The notes under the pieces were generated by a model. That model was not told the DNA's origin, searched no databases, and saw only the letters and a program-made list of their open reading frames with translations. Positions 13,048 to 25,059 of a DNA stretch of 64,000 bases are shown one piece after another. The translations under genes were made by a program, and so were the position numbers. How positions within the stretch are numbered: position 1 is the stretch's first letter; the number at the start of each line of letters is the position of its first letter. Source of the stretch: Paramoeba atlantica (taxonomy: Eukaryota; Protista; Discosea); contig CDRNVI010000143.1 of NCBI GenBank assembly GCA_977017575.1, forward strand, positions 375,003 to 439,002, written 5' to 3'.

Positions 13048-13599
13048 CTTTTTTTTTTTTTTTACCTTCAATTTTGTGGAACCACTCCACCACACACACA
13101 CCACACCATGTGTATGGAGGTGGTGGGGCAGAAATTGGTCTTATTTTTTGAGGTCATTGTTTGTTCTTTTGTTTTCTCCATCAAAATGGTGTATCTGTTT
13201 GTGGGTCCAGAAAACCAAGAAAAATTTGAAACTTTTTTCAAAAACAATTTTGAAAGTGTCAATCACACTATCATCTTTTTTTGAAGGTTGATGGTGAGGG
13301 TGGTCCTCTTTCATCACCAATGTACCACCATTTTAGAAAGAATGGTATGGTTCTCAAAGATTTATTCTTTCAGTTTCTTTCATTCACAACATCACAGCCT
13401 TTTTTACCTGTTTCTTTGGACAATTTTGCAAGAGCTAAACTACAAAAAGCATTTTTCGATTGTCGAAAAAGCATTTTTCGATTGTCGCAATTTCCAACTT
13501 CAACCCCCCCCCCCCTCATAATTTGGTGCCTGGTTTCTCTCTCTCTTCCAGACACCCAAGCAAATGGTAGTGTTGACTTATGTTTCTGGACAATCACAC

Positions 13600-16500
13600 C
13601 TTCCAACAATTTAATAGAGTAAGACCTTTAACTTCTCGAACAGATCTTTCGACTGCACCCAAGAAGCCACCCACACTTTCTTTGGCCAAACCTTTGCAAA
13701 TGCATTGACACCTTGCAGTGTTTTTGGACAAAGGGTCATTGAAAAGAAACAAGGAACAACCGCTGACAGATTGCATGCAGGTGGGGTTGCTGAGGATTAA
13801 ACAGGGCTTTTCCAAGCAGAACATCCATTGGATGAAGTTTGTCCTTGGCTGGTTTCCTGGGTCTGTTTCTGCCCCCCTCTGGTGGACACTCCATGTTTTG
13901 TCAGTTTGAAGTGAAGCCAGGGCCAAAGTAATATAAGACTTTTATAATATTTGTGCTCCCTCCCTGAGCCAGTTTCCTTTTCCGGCCAAAGTGTCATTCT
14001 TTCTTTTCATCCTTTTTTCTGTTTGTCCCTCTACCACTGTCAATTTTCGGTCTTCCACAGTGAAGCCAGGGCCGAATTATATCAAGGGCTTATATGTGTA
14101 TTGCGCTCTGCTGAGGGCATCTGGAATTACTAGTTTGTCTTTCCTGGTTTATGGAGAACTTGTCTCTCTCACCATTTGAGAGATGTTATAATTAACCAAT
14201 TGTTTATCATGCCACTTCTTGATTTCTTCATCGAATTGCTCAAGTCCTTCAAGCTGTGGTGGTTGGTGAATGCAACCACATCACATCCTTTGAATGAACT
14301 CTTTGAACTTTTCCATCACCCAGTGCAACCCATAACACTCTCTTTTTCTGAGTTAGTGTGTATCCAGTGTGTGAGTTGTTGGAGATCTTTTTCAACCCCA
14401 AAAAAAGAAACACTTTTTCAACGCTGGCGTCGAAAAAAAAGCGAACAAAAAATCTAGGAGTTTTCATTTGAGAAGAGTTGGAGAAGAGTTTACGCGCAGA
14501 AAAGGAACGATTTTTGGCTCAGGGTAGTTCTTTTCTCTGGAAACCACAGGCCTGAAAATTTCTAGGAGAGGTTGGAAGCGCTTTAGATCCACGAGGTGGA
14601 CTGAAGTTGTGGAAAACTCATCCTAAAAAGTAAGGAGGATGGAAAGAAAGAGAAAAAAATAAAGGCGGTGACTCAGATAAAAAAAATAATTTATTTTCGC
14701 AAAAAAAGTCTATTTGTTGAGAGCTCTCTCCTCTTTCACAACAACAACTGGGGCGACTGGGAGTTTCCAGTTTTCAACCATCCCCCTTGCTGGCCTTCCA
14801 TCTTGGTTTCAAAGAAAATAGCCACCAGAAATAGATAACAGTTTTTTTTCCTTGTGAAAATTTGATTTTCACAGGGCCAGTCACTGTCATGGTGGACCCA
14901 TCTTGAAAAATTTTCTGAGAGGCAATGACCCCCAACTTCTTTCGTATTTGTGAAGGGAGATCAAGTTGTCCCCAAAATTCTTTCTTCCCAGTTTTCCGAT
15001 TCATTTTGGTTTTGGTAACATTATCATCTACCAAAAAGAAAAAGAGGGCCTCAGGGAAATGTTGAATGAAAACCCGGCGAGAGAACCAATTTTTTGGAGC
15101 TTTTCCCCTCCACTAAAAGAATTTTTGTGTGTGTGAGTGAAAAGAATCTTTTGAAAAAAAAAACTCATGAGAGTGGTTTTTACCAATTTTTCAAGGGTCT
15201 TTGGGATTCTTTGCGCCAGAACACAAGGAACCATTTGTTCATTCGTTCGTTCATCATCATCTCGTGTTCGTTTCCACCTGCTGTTTTTTTCACTCTTTTT
15301 TTTCTGTTTGAAGCGTTTTGCTCTTTCCTAATCAAACAGAGACATTCTTCGGTCTCCCAAGTATCTTCGCTCATTAATTTGTTTTCCATTTCAAGAAGTT
15401 GAAAAATAACACCTCCTCCTCTCCCACACCATCTTGATCCCACCCAAAAATTTTGAGTGAAAAAGAACCCAATTATCATCCTTTTTGGCAATTGAGTTCA
15501 TATCTTTTTGCCTTTTCGCGTTTTTTTTGGGGGTCTTTTTTGCCTATCCACTTTGCCACATCACTTCCACAGTCGTGTTTCAGAGCCAAAAAATGCGGGG
15601 GTTGACTTCTGGCTGTGTTCTCTCCCAAGAAATTTTTTTGACCCAAAGTGGTCAATATTGCTCCGTATCCTTTCTTTGAGGCATGGACATGAATGGAAAA
15701 GGTTTTCCTCTGAAATCAAGATGTACCAACACGAGGTATCTCTTTGATTCTTTTCTTCATTCCCTGAAATTCTTTGTCTGTCTGCCTCCTCCGTCCATTT
15801 TCAGAATTTCTTTTCTTTCAGGAGTTGTCTCATATTAAATGTTCTTTTGTGAGCATTTGTGTAAGAATCTCCGGCACCAGCACTTACAATCCCGAGAAAT
15901 GTCTGTAATTCCTTATGGTGTTGGCTGGTGTTGTGTAATTTCCAATAGCCTCCCCCTTTGACGTTGTTCGCTTCAATACACCTTCTTTGGATGCAGTGTA
16001 TCCCAAAAGCATGAATTTCGGTTTGCACAAAATGGGACTTTGGAAATATTGATTCTCACTTTGTGTTTTTCTATTCTTGTCAATATTTCTTGCAGAGTCT
16101 TGTAATGTGTTTTGAAGTCTTTCGAGAAGACAACAATCTAATGAAGAGATCTGCCATCTGAATCTTTTCTCCCATTGTGAGTCTCAGGTCATTATGAGTT
16201 TTCTGTTTATTCAGATTAGTGAGAGGATTTTTTTCTCCTTCTTCTTTCTTATTCTTGATACCTTTTAAGATTCCATCAATTTGTTTGATGAGCTCAGCAT
16301 TTCCTGTTGCATCTTCAGCATCAAGGTTTGCAATTACCTCTTGAAGCCTTCCATTCAATGTTGGAAACATCTCTCAGTCTCTTGTAAACCAGGCCTGATC
16401 GTCCACCATATCATATTTTGGGTTCTCTCTGACCTCGTTGAAGAACATTCTCACTGTTTCTTCCCGCGGTCGCCCATTTTCCGTTGATCTGGATTTGAGA

Positions 16501-17599
16501 TCTTTCTTCATGATGGGTGAGGATTTCACATTTGTGGCCTCTGTGATTGGAGTTTCCACACACAAGAAGCAGAGTCGAAGGTTGGAATGGACTTTCAGTT
16601 CTCGCTTTCTCTCTTCTATATTCGTCAGTATCTTTGATTCCCATCTTGGAAAGATCCATCTTAGTGACTCCCTTTGGTGTCTCTATTTTAACAGGTGAGA
16701 GAGAGGCGTTCATGACTTCAACAAAGTCAGTCCATGTTTTTCTGCTTTTGTAAATTTGATACTGAGCCTCTGTTTGAGTGTCCACCTCGATTTTGTGCTC
16801 AATCTCTGAGATGAGTTCCCGGTCTGAGACTTGGTATTGTTTCTTTCCTCTCTTTCTTGAGTAGAGTTTGACAAACTTGAGAGCTTTCTTCTTAAAGGTC
16901 AGATCCCCATAGCTGTCATCAATCCGAAATTGATTATACTGACTGATCGGGTTTCTGTACTCTGGAATCCCCGTAAGCCTCTTGAAGATGTGGGATTGTC
17001 TTTTGGAGGTCATCTTGTGGCACTGCTCCAATTGAGCCCCAGAGGAGAGACACTGCAAGGGAGATCCACCTCCCTTTCAGGACGTCTGCCATTGCGACTG
17101 TCTTCTCCCACAGGTGGTACTGGCTATGCAATCCTGCACCCAGACACAAAAATTGGCGACTTTGGCCTTGGATCCAAAGTCTGTCTTTCCAACTCTGTAG
17201 TTCGAATTTTGTGTCTATTCTCCTTCAAATCATCTTTTACTCTTCCATCCCTTGTGGTTACTGCCTGGCTGATGGGTTGATTCCCATTCTTACTGAGGGG
17301 GGGTTCCTGATGGGCTTTGTTGAGACCGCTGGGAATAGGTCCTTATCTGAATAGTGATCGATGCCAAAAGCCTCCCTTCCATCTCTGAGAGCATCTCTTT
17401 GGCTTCATCCCTGGTGAAGGTGGGTTCCACTTGGGGGTACCATCCTTTCTCCCTCTGGGGGTTCTTCCTGTTCCTCAAGTTCTTCCTGGTGGAACAGTTC
17501 TCTTTCTTGGGGGTTTTCAGGCTCTTGCCTTTCCTCGGGGTGGGCTCAACCTTCTTGATCACTGCCAGCAGAATCACTATCCCCATCAGGGTTTTCTAC
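13600..17599 (-). mobile_element. Decayed, internally deleted Ty3/Gypsy body; its 5' end continues at 22421-22680 beyond the Mutator insertion
   Basis: Frameshifted remnants matching the intact element in this window: Gag CFLC(fs)GNSNHRGHKC knuckle ~16530-16580; RT C-terminus IVVFSKDFKTHYKTLQEILTRIEKH and LQTFLGIVS 15860-16140; RNase H HVHASKKGYGAILT ~15650-15750 and RECYGLHWVMEKFK...KPGK..IPDALSR ~14080-14400. Protease, YxDD and integrase core are missing. Confidence 0.8.
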
Positions 17600-18166
17600 G
17601 GTACAGGCAGCAAAGTTGATAGTTGCTGTTGTTCGAAAGTTGCTTCAACTTTTCATCAACCCTTATCCTTTTAAAACAACACAAAAACAACGCAATTCTT
17701 TTTGTCAGGAAGAAAAAACTTTTTTTGAGACTTTGATGACTAGATAATAAGAGTTGTTTTGAAGTTGTTGAAAAAAACTTTTTTTGAGACTTTGATGACT
17801 AGATAATAAGAGTTGTTTTGGAGTCGTCAAAAAAAAGAAAATTGATTTTTAATTCATTCCAAAATTCTTTTTTTTATTTTTTCCGTTGCTCTCTCTTCTT
17901 CTTTTTTCCCCGCCGCTTCTAATCTCAGGGGGAAGACAATCAGCTTTTCAATTTCTCTCTTTCTTTCATTTTACCTACAAAGAAAATGGATGTGACTCTT
18001 TTTTGTCTGTTGGGAATTTTGACCGTTGGAGTTGGGATCAACAGCTCTTTTTTTCAACACTTTTTCAATTTCCAATTTAATTTTTCAAGAAAAAACAAAA
18101 AGGTTTGTATTTTTGTTTTGGAGTTTTTTTAATTCCAACTCATGAACATATTTTGTAGAGCTATAG

Positions 18167-20820
18167 ATGTCTTCAATTACATCAATCAAGAAAGGAGACT
18201 ATGTTAAAATCTCCAACTGTGAGGATTATGGATATGTTCAGGATGCTGCCTACTTCCAGAATGAATACCACCTCGCTCTTATCTGGGCAGAAACAGGAAG
18301 AAGAGAAGATGTATCATTTGTTGATATTTCTCTTGTTTCTTGTTTTGAACCAGCCCATGATCAAGGTACGCTTTGCCCAGAGTGCAAAATCCCAATGCAA
18401 CAAATGGTTTGCTTTTTTTTTCTTTGACAATTTTAAAGTTTTCTTAAACTAAACTTCTTTTGAATAGATCAACAAAACAACAAGTGAAAAATTTTTGGCA
18501 TGTCCATCATATCGCTTGCGATCTGCTCGAAAATGTCGATCGAGAACTATTTCGCTTCCAGACTTCGCGAAAACCCACACTTCAATCAAGCTTGGTGTTG
18601 ATGATTGTGATGATACTTGGAACTGGGTACGAGGTCGGCGATCAAACTCAACAGAGGTGGCCATACCAAAATGGGCTCAATTATTGATCCCTGAGGAGTA
18701 CCATTCTCAAAAGTTTACCGGTCAGTTATTTCATTGCTCGACTGGGCGATCAAGAAGTCGTCATCGGAAAGATGAAGGCAGGTGCCCTTGGAAAAAGTTC
18801 TTGGTATTTGATTCCCAAGCTTTTTTGAAAGGAACTCCTCCCCCCCAAGATGCGATTTGTACAGTTTATCAAGGGTATGATGGAGAGGGAAATCTTTCTT
18901 CAAAACCTGCTGACCATGCTCTCTGGAACCCAGGGGAACATAAAAAACCTCAAGCAGTGTTAGCAATGAGAAAGGATTGGGTTGAACACCTTGAAAAATC
19001 GCAAAGTATCACCCCAAGTGAGACAATTCTAAGTTTTCAAGAAAAACTAGTTGAGAGTGATCTCTCTCCATCAACAAAAGCGAATCTCATCCAACAAAGT
19101 TCAAAGATGGGAAATACTTTGAAATATCGGAAACAAAAGGTTTTTTTTTCTTTTTTTCTTTTTTTCTTTTTTTCTTTTTTTTTTTCTTTTTTTTTTTTTC
19201 TTTTTTTTTTTGTGAATCAATTTATATGGATTGATTGAATGTTCTTCCAGCAATCGTTTCAAGAATCACGAATTTCTGATGTTGAGAAAATGGTTCTATG
19301 CCCTCATACAGGGGAGGTCTCATTCAAATTTGGGTTTGAAGATCATCCCTCTGTCTTCATTGAACTTGGTTCGAAGATCCTAATTGCCAATTATGTAAAA
19401 CCAGATATGAAAGAATTTTTCATTGATGGTGTTTTTAAATTATCCCCCTCTCTACAACTGATGATTCTTGGTGTTCCCCTGAGAGGTTTGTTATCTTCCA
19501 TTTGAAAAGAAAAGTTTAATTCATTTTCATTTTTTTGATAATTCTTTTTCATGTTAGAGGATACAAAAGATAAAATACATGGAACAAATTTTTGTCCTCT
19601 ATCTTGTTTATTAACAAATCGAAAAACTGAATTCACCTATCTCCGGTGGTTTGCTGACCTCAAATATATTGGGTTGGAATTGAATGATTGTTCTATTTTA
19701 ACTGATATGGAGTTTGGTATTGGAAATGCAGGTTGATTATTTGAATGACAATTATTTTCTTTTTTTACTTTTATCGATTTGTTTTGTTTTAATAGGAAAA
19801 GTAATGTGGGAGGAGTCTGAATGGAAGTTATGTTACTTCCATGTGATCATGAATGCTAAGGACAAGTTAAAAGCCCTTGGGGTTCCGAAAGAAACTTATT
19901 CTTTTTATCTTGGGGTATTGAAGGAAATGAAAGAACAAGAAGATGAGAAACAAGCAGAAAATGTATGGGAAAATTTTCAAATTGCTGTTACTTGTCCAAA
20001 AGGAAAGCTTTGGTTTGGATTTTGATTTATTTTATTCTTTTTTTTTTCCTTTGAAAAATGAAACAAGTGTGTAAAGTAAAATTTATATTTTATTTTTTGT
20101 TTTTAGGCTTGAGTATATGGAGAAATGGATAATTCCTCGTTTGTCACAATGGATTGGAGGAAAAACGAATAATTTGATTGAGAGGTTCAATCGATACCTG
20201 AAAGAAACTCTTTTTCGGGGTCAAACATACTCCAATGCTGCAACAGTTGTTGACATCCTTAGTCGATATTTTTCAATTTTAGAAACTGTTTTGGTGCCCC
20301 CACCCAAAGAAGAAGAACATACAAATGAGATTGTTTTCGAGGAACAACTTCTTTTTTCAGAAGAAGTGGACAGGAAAGATACAACAAAACACTTGTTGGA
20401 AAAAAATCTCTCAATTTCTCTCGGAAGAAAGGTTTTTTCTTTATTTTTCATTTTTGAATGATTTTTTTTTAAAATAAAATAATAATGTTATTATTCTAGA
20501 CTAGTACAATAAATAAAAGGAAAAGGAGGGATTCAAGCAAAAAAAAAGATGTTTTGGAAACAAGAGAATTTCTCAATCCTCCCCATAATGACTTTGATTG
20601 TTCGATCGAAGCAGTTGTGCCTCCGCCTTCCTCTTCATCATCTTCCTCTTCTTCATCTTCATCTTCATCTGGTTCCCTTGGTTCATCTGATGCTCCTGAT
20701 TCTCCTGATGATTCTCCTCCTCGAAAGAGAAAACGTTCCCCAATGACAATTCCTGTTGAGGGAAGTGAAACTTGGAGTGAGTCAAGAAAGATTCAGTGGT
20801 TCGCTTCACATGAATTCTAA
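18167..20820 (+). CDS. MULE DDE transposase, 7 exons, 727 aa, open frame after splicing
   Basis: Exons 18167-18406, 18468-19139, 19251-19485, 19558-19731, 19796-20012, 20107-20431, 20500-20820; all introns GT-AG and phases join. Motifs FIDGVFK (D1), LTDME (D2), CYFH, TNNLIERFN (E); N-terminal CPEC...CPSY...C zinc ribbon; Ser-rich tail. Confidence 0.92.
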
Positions 20821-20981
20821 TGAATGAAATGAAATAAAAGTTTTTATTTTTGAGAATTTTTTTTTATCTTTCCTTCTTTTCTGCACAAGTCATTATTCTC
20901 TTTCTATTCTTTTTTTTTCTTCCAAGTTCTCCATTTATTTTGAATCAATTATACAAAAAAAGTTTGAAGAAGAACAAAGAT

Positions 20982-21950
20982 TTATTTTTTAAATAAAAGT
21001 TTTTTATTTTTTATTTTCCTTCTTTCTTTGCTTCTTTTCTGCAGGTGACATTCTCTTTTTTTTTTTTTTGGTGGTTCCTTCACATTCGGGATGGTTCGAC
21101 TTCCAAAATCTTCACGCAACATTGTATCCCACTCCACACCACGCAACTTTAAAAAGGTTCGGTGAAGAACAAAGATTCCAACCATACGATCATCTTCATG
21201 AGGAAAGAAAGGGTCTTCATCACCCTGATAGTCTCGACTCCCATGCCAAAGTGCATCAGAGTCCAACATCAAAACATCTCCAACTCTAATATTGAACGCT
21301 CTCTTAGATCCTCCAATTTCAAGAGCTCCTCCAGTCGAATTTGGGTTCACATGGACTCCAAAAATAAATGCAACATAATCAAATGAGTCCTTGTGAAACA
21401 AACTGAATCCAAGAGGGGAGAGAAATAAATGAAACAAGCCAAAATTTGAACATAATTGGTTCTCGCCCTTCAAAAGGTTGTAGATATCCGGTCGTTTCTC
21501 TTTCACCAACAAAGTTGCCTTTTCTCCAAGTCTCTCCAAAACTGGAGTCAATATTGGATATTGTAGCTTATCTTCATATTTCCCTCCAAATCCAGCTGGA
21601 TAAGTTGGATCCCCAGGGTTACAATGGCCTTGAGCAGGCCACACTCCCATGATAGTTTCAGGACGATCTCCGCGTTTGTCCTCTTTTCTTTTCCAATAAT
21701 CGCAAGAATGAAGAGTTTCGTGGAGCATCTCCATTTCTTTCACAGAAAAAAACTGTTTTACAAAGTGAGCTCGATTCACTTTTCCATCTCGAGTCTGAAC
21801 CTCAACATACACATTCTTGTTGTGGATATAACAACGATCAGCAGTTTCCCGTTGCAAATCTTCCTCTGACTCGGTAAAGACCACTCGATCTCTTGGTGTT
21901 TTCAATGATCCTCTTTTTCGGTTTGAAACTTCATCCTCTTTGTTACTCAT
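20982..21950 (-). CDS. TET/JBP-like 2OG-Fe(II) dioxygenase, 322 aa
   Basis: FHKDSFDY (HxD plus downstream D; His codon 21393-21395), GGALEI, GDVLMLDSDALWHG (distal His 21243-21245), DRMVGIFVLHR (2OG-binding Arg 21186-21188). The motif order and spacing resemble protist and fungal TET/JBP. 2OG-Fe(II) fold is secure; the subfamily needs an HMM check. Confidence 0.82.
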   Translation of the reverse strand: MSNKEDEVSNRKRGSLKTPRDRVVFTESEEDLQRETADRCYIHNKNVYVEVQTRDGKVNRAHFVKQFFSVKEMEMLHETLHSCDYWKRKEDKRGDRPETIMGVWPAQGHCNPGDPTYPAGFGGKYEDKLQYPILTPVLERLGEKATLLVKEKRPDIYNLLKGENQLCSNFGLFHLFLSPLGFSLFHKDSFDYVAFIFGVHVNPNSTGGALEIGGSKRAFNIRVGDVLMLDSDALWHGSRDYQGDEDPFFPHEDDRMVGIFVLHRTFLKLRGVEWDTMLREDFGSRTIPNVKEPPKKKKRECHLQKRSKERRKIKNKKLLFKK

Positions 21951-22420
21951 CGTGAAACTTCTGTGTTTCTACAACTTTCCAAAAAGAATGAAAATTTCAA
22001 ACAGAAAAAAGAAAGAGACAAAGAAAAGAGAGAAAAGACAAGAAAGAGAGAAGAGAGAGAGAAAGAAGAAAACAGAAAGAAAACTTTTCCAAGAAAAATT
22101 CACGGGATTTAGTTTTCTATTTTTTTTCACCAAAAAAGAAAAAAAAATTGTCCCCTTTGAAAAGAATAAATTTTATTTTCAGGACCCTAAATTAAATTGT
22201 GCTTCAAAGTGTTTTTTGTGGCTTTGAAAGAGTCCTTTTGAAAACAACTTTTCGCCTGCTCATATCATAAGGTCTGGTCTATTTCATTCATTTTTCTTGT
22301 GGAAGTAGGAATAAATCAAATTGTGCCAGCAACTTTTCAGCAACTCTTATTATGGATAAAGATGACATCATCAAATACTTCTTTTTCTCAACCGCAACTA
22401 TCAACTTTGCTGCCTGTACC

Positions 22421-22680
22421 GTTTTCTACCAAGTAAGTCTCCTTTAACTCATCCCAGAAAAGAGCCATCGATCTACCAGCATTGCCAATGTAAAAACTGA
22501 AAACAAAGTGGTGTGTGAAAAACTGATCTTTAGAAACCAAAAGGGAAAACGACAAAAGAAAAGCGCATCGCGTCGCGTCGCCTTTGTGATGTCATCAAAC
22601 AGTCCCTATCAAGGGTGTTCAGTGAAGTTGGCTGAAAGTTGGGCCGAAAGTTCAAGGGTTAAAAATAGCCTTTATTCACA
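22421..22680 (-). mobile_element. 5' end of the decayed Gypsy: candidate 5' LTR from 22489 to ~22680, PBS-like TTGGCAATGCTGG, gag ATG at 22468
   Basis: Minus strand TTTTTACA|TTGGCAATG...ATG GCT CTT TTC TGG; MALFWDELKETYLVEN joins PDGDSDS across the Mutator TSD. No matching 3' LTR found. Confidence 0.55.
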
Positions 22681-23504
22681 ATCTCTTCACGGTATCCTCC
22701 CAATCAAGTTTTTTTCCCAAATAAATGATTTCTGTTATATGTTGTGAGAGAGAAGCTCAACTCAAAAGTCTGGCTGAATGTGGCACCCACCTCTTGGTAG
22801 GGATCTGGCGTTGTTTCTCAAACTGCCTAATTCAATTAGTTGGAAGATGATGAGCAAGTTCCAAGATCCATTTGTTATTGCGCTTGAGGCTTTTTGTGGA
22901 GGATGTTTGGACAAACTGAAGAGGAGATTGACAGATTTGTTCAGGTACCAAAATTTTCGAATGCCTAATTCGAAAATGAGCGAGTTCCGGCAGTATGCCA
23001 CTCATTTTCTCGATCTGTATTTGAAGAAGAACAAAATCTCTTTGAAGGAATGCGCGTGATAGAGATGAGAAGTTTGAACAAGGGTCTGTTCGTTTCTTTC
23101 ACCAGTTCTCTCAGGTTCTCTCTCTTTGAGCAACCTTACTAGATGTTCCAAAGTCTTGAGATGGGAAGGGTTGAGCTATCAACATTGAGCTGAGCCAGGA
23201 GAGATTTGTCTTCTCATACCATCCAAGTCCTTGTTCATCAGCTGTCTCTCTTCTCAGAGTTGAAGAAAACTATTCTGGAGCTCTTCATAAGAGGGCGCCT
23301 CATCTTTCCCATTTCCATGGACAGGTGAAAGACCATCAAGTAGATATCGGTGAGAATCTTGGTTTTTTCAGTTTTCTGAGATGTCTGTCAGATGAAAGCG
23401 TTCGAAAGCTACAAATGGTGGGTGTCCCTTTTGCTCCAGAGGAGCCCGACAAGTGTTGGGGTGAGTTTTGTTTTTGAAGCTGCAAAGGATTTCCTTATTT
23501 ACAC

Positions 23505-23670
23505 TGGGAACATTGTATTGAGAGGAGAGGGGGGAGACTCATTCAAGGCAAGATGATTTGATTTTATATAAAAGTATTTTTTTTCCTGTTATTTGCCTCT
23601 TTTCACATCCTACTTTTTTTCAACAACCAGTTTTATTTTGGAGGAGATCATCAAAACACCCCCCCCCCCC
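23505..23670. repeat. Partial third copy of the 1 kb dispersed block
   Basis: GGGAACATTGTATTGAGAGG...GGCAAGATGA...TTTTGGAGGAGATCATCAAAACACCCCC matches 12725-12935 and 42299-42500. Confidence 0.8.
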
Positions 23671-24199
23671 CCCAATGAATTGATTTCTTGATTATTCCAA
23701 AATTAGCAGGGGGTGTGGTAGGCCAAAAGAGATGTTTGGATCTTAATTAGCAAAGATACATCACACCATCAGAGGATTTCTTCGTGATCTTTGCGAAGAA
23801 GTTTCAGTCATCAATTTGGTTCTGTTCCATGAACACAAAAACCCACCCACTCCTCATTCACATTGCAAGAGGAAAAAGGACACAAAAAGGGATTGGGGAA
23901 AATCTCCCAACAAAAGATGATGAATTTTTGTTGGCGCATCCTTTGCTTCACCCACTTCTTGATGAAATAAGACATTAATTCACTCAGGTTTTCCTCTTGA
24001 ATTTTTCTTGGTTGCCTTCCCCTTGAGACCTTCAGGTTTCCCTAAAGTTCTCCCTCCATTTTCCTCCAACCAATTGAGCAGTGAGGTTCAATAATCCTTG
24101 ACACTCCCTTTTTCAACATCCAAATTTCAAAAAAAAAAAGAAAAAGAAAACACAGCACCTTGAAATGAAAGGCGTAAAAAAAATAAATCAAAAAAAAAA

Positions 24200-24316
24200 T
24201 GGTTGAGGTGGGATTCGAACCCACGAACCCGAAGGACCAGAAGACTAAACACTGTATTTTTACAGCCAAGATTTAACTCTTGAGTCTGGCGCGTTTGACC
24301 GCTTCGCTACCCAACC
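24200..24316 (-). tRNA. tRNA-Leu(CAA) with a 36 nt canonical intron
   Basis: GGTTGGG/CTCAACC acceptor, CCAGA-CTCAAG|intron|T-TCTGG, variable arm, GGTTCGAATCC; the intron contains CTTG complementary to the anticodon. Confidence 0.95.
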
Positions 24317-24329
24317 AGATATATGACAA

Positions 24330-24730
24330 TTACCCTTCAAGAGCACCTTTCTAAAGAGACCACACACACACACACACACACAGAGAAGACAATAAAAGAC
24401 AGGAGAAGTCCAAAGGGAATGCCACAAAATAATAGTTATGGCGGCACCATAAGACACCATCAGAAGATCCATTGCAGGCATTATGTCATTGAAAACACAT
24501 CTTTTCTCCCTCAATGGTCTTGTTGCAGACCCAGAGCCGCACTGATCGCACCACCAACCCTTCCAGTTCCTTCTCATCACTTGAAGCAGAGCCATTTCCA
24601 TATTGAGTGATGCATAACACATAGCACATGGATTTCATTTCTAATTGCAGCAATGGCACTCAGAGCAGCCACGCCCAAGCCATGAGGACACATCCACACT
24701 TTCTTTGGCCAAAACCTTTGCAGCGGCATT
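24330..24730 (-). pseudogene. Decayed Cys-rich (CXC-like) coding fragment between two tRNAs
   Basis: KCRCKGFGQRKCGC...GCSECHCCN with frameshifts; nucleotide match CCACACTTTCTTTGGCCAAA(A)CCTTTGCA to 13670-13698. Confidence 0.5.
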
Positions 24731-24757
24731 TTGTTGTGTAAAAAAAGAAAAAAAAAA

Positions 24758-24830
24758 CTCCACCTGGAGGGTTCGAACCTCCGACCTTGTGGTTAACAGC
24801 CACACGCTCTGCCAACTGAGCTAAGGAGGA
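24758..24830 (-). tRNA. tRNA-Asn(GTT)
   Basis: TAGCTCAGTTGGCAGAGC, TGTGG-CTGTTAA-CCACA, GGAGG-TTCGAAC-CCTCC; one T:T mismatch in the acceptor stem. Confidence 0.92.
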
Positions 24831-25059
24831 ATGTATGGAAAAGATGTCGATTTTTTAGATTCACATTTTTCAAAGCCATTGGGATCCTTCAATTACTTGT
24901 CTCAAACATAAGCTGGAGGCAGTGTTGTACTCTTGTTGGGGGGAGGTCTTGCATTGATGAGGTTACCTTGCAAGTTTGAAGTCACATTCTACCAAGTGAT
25001 CTGATCACACAATTGGGATCATTGTGACTTTGTAAGAGCGGTTTCGACTTTTTTGTGCT

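Larger units (their letters stand above)
17600..22420. mobile_element. Mutator/MULE DNA transposon, 4821 bp, carrying a transposase and a TET/JBP-like gene
   Basis: TIR GGTACAGGCAGCAAAGTTGATAGTTGC(T/G)GTTG at 17600-17631 and inverted at 22389-22420 (27 bp perfect, 31 of 32); perfect 9 bp TSD GTTTTCTAC at 17591-17599 and 22421-22429; subterminal ATAATAAGAGTTG twice on the left (tandem duplication 17713-17821) and once inverted on the right. Confidence 0.96.

Noticed and set aside
14460-14780. 3' LTR of the decayed Gypsy, suggested by AAGGGGGA-TG on the minus strand at 14780
   Set aside because: No similarity to the candidate 5' LTR at 22489-22680.
18167-20820. Assignment of the TET-linked transposase to the KDZ (Kyakuja/Dileera/Zisupton) class
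   Set aside because: The motifs (IDG.FK, TD.E, CYFH, TNN..E..N), G-starting TIRs and 9 bp TSD fit MULE; an HMM test is still advised.
22778-23460. ORF 22778-23059 and neighbouring fragments (also 23700-24000, 28320-28530, 29160-29640, 30630-31440, 50000-50560)
   Set aside because: Coding-like but fragmented, with no motif I can assign; left unannotated.
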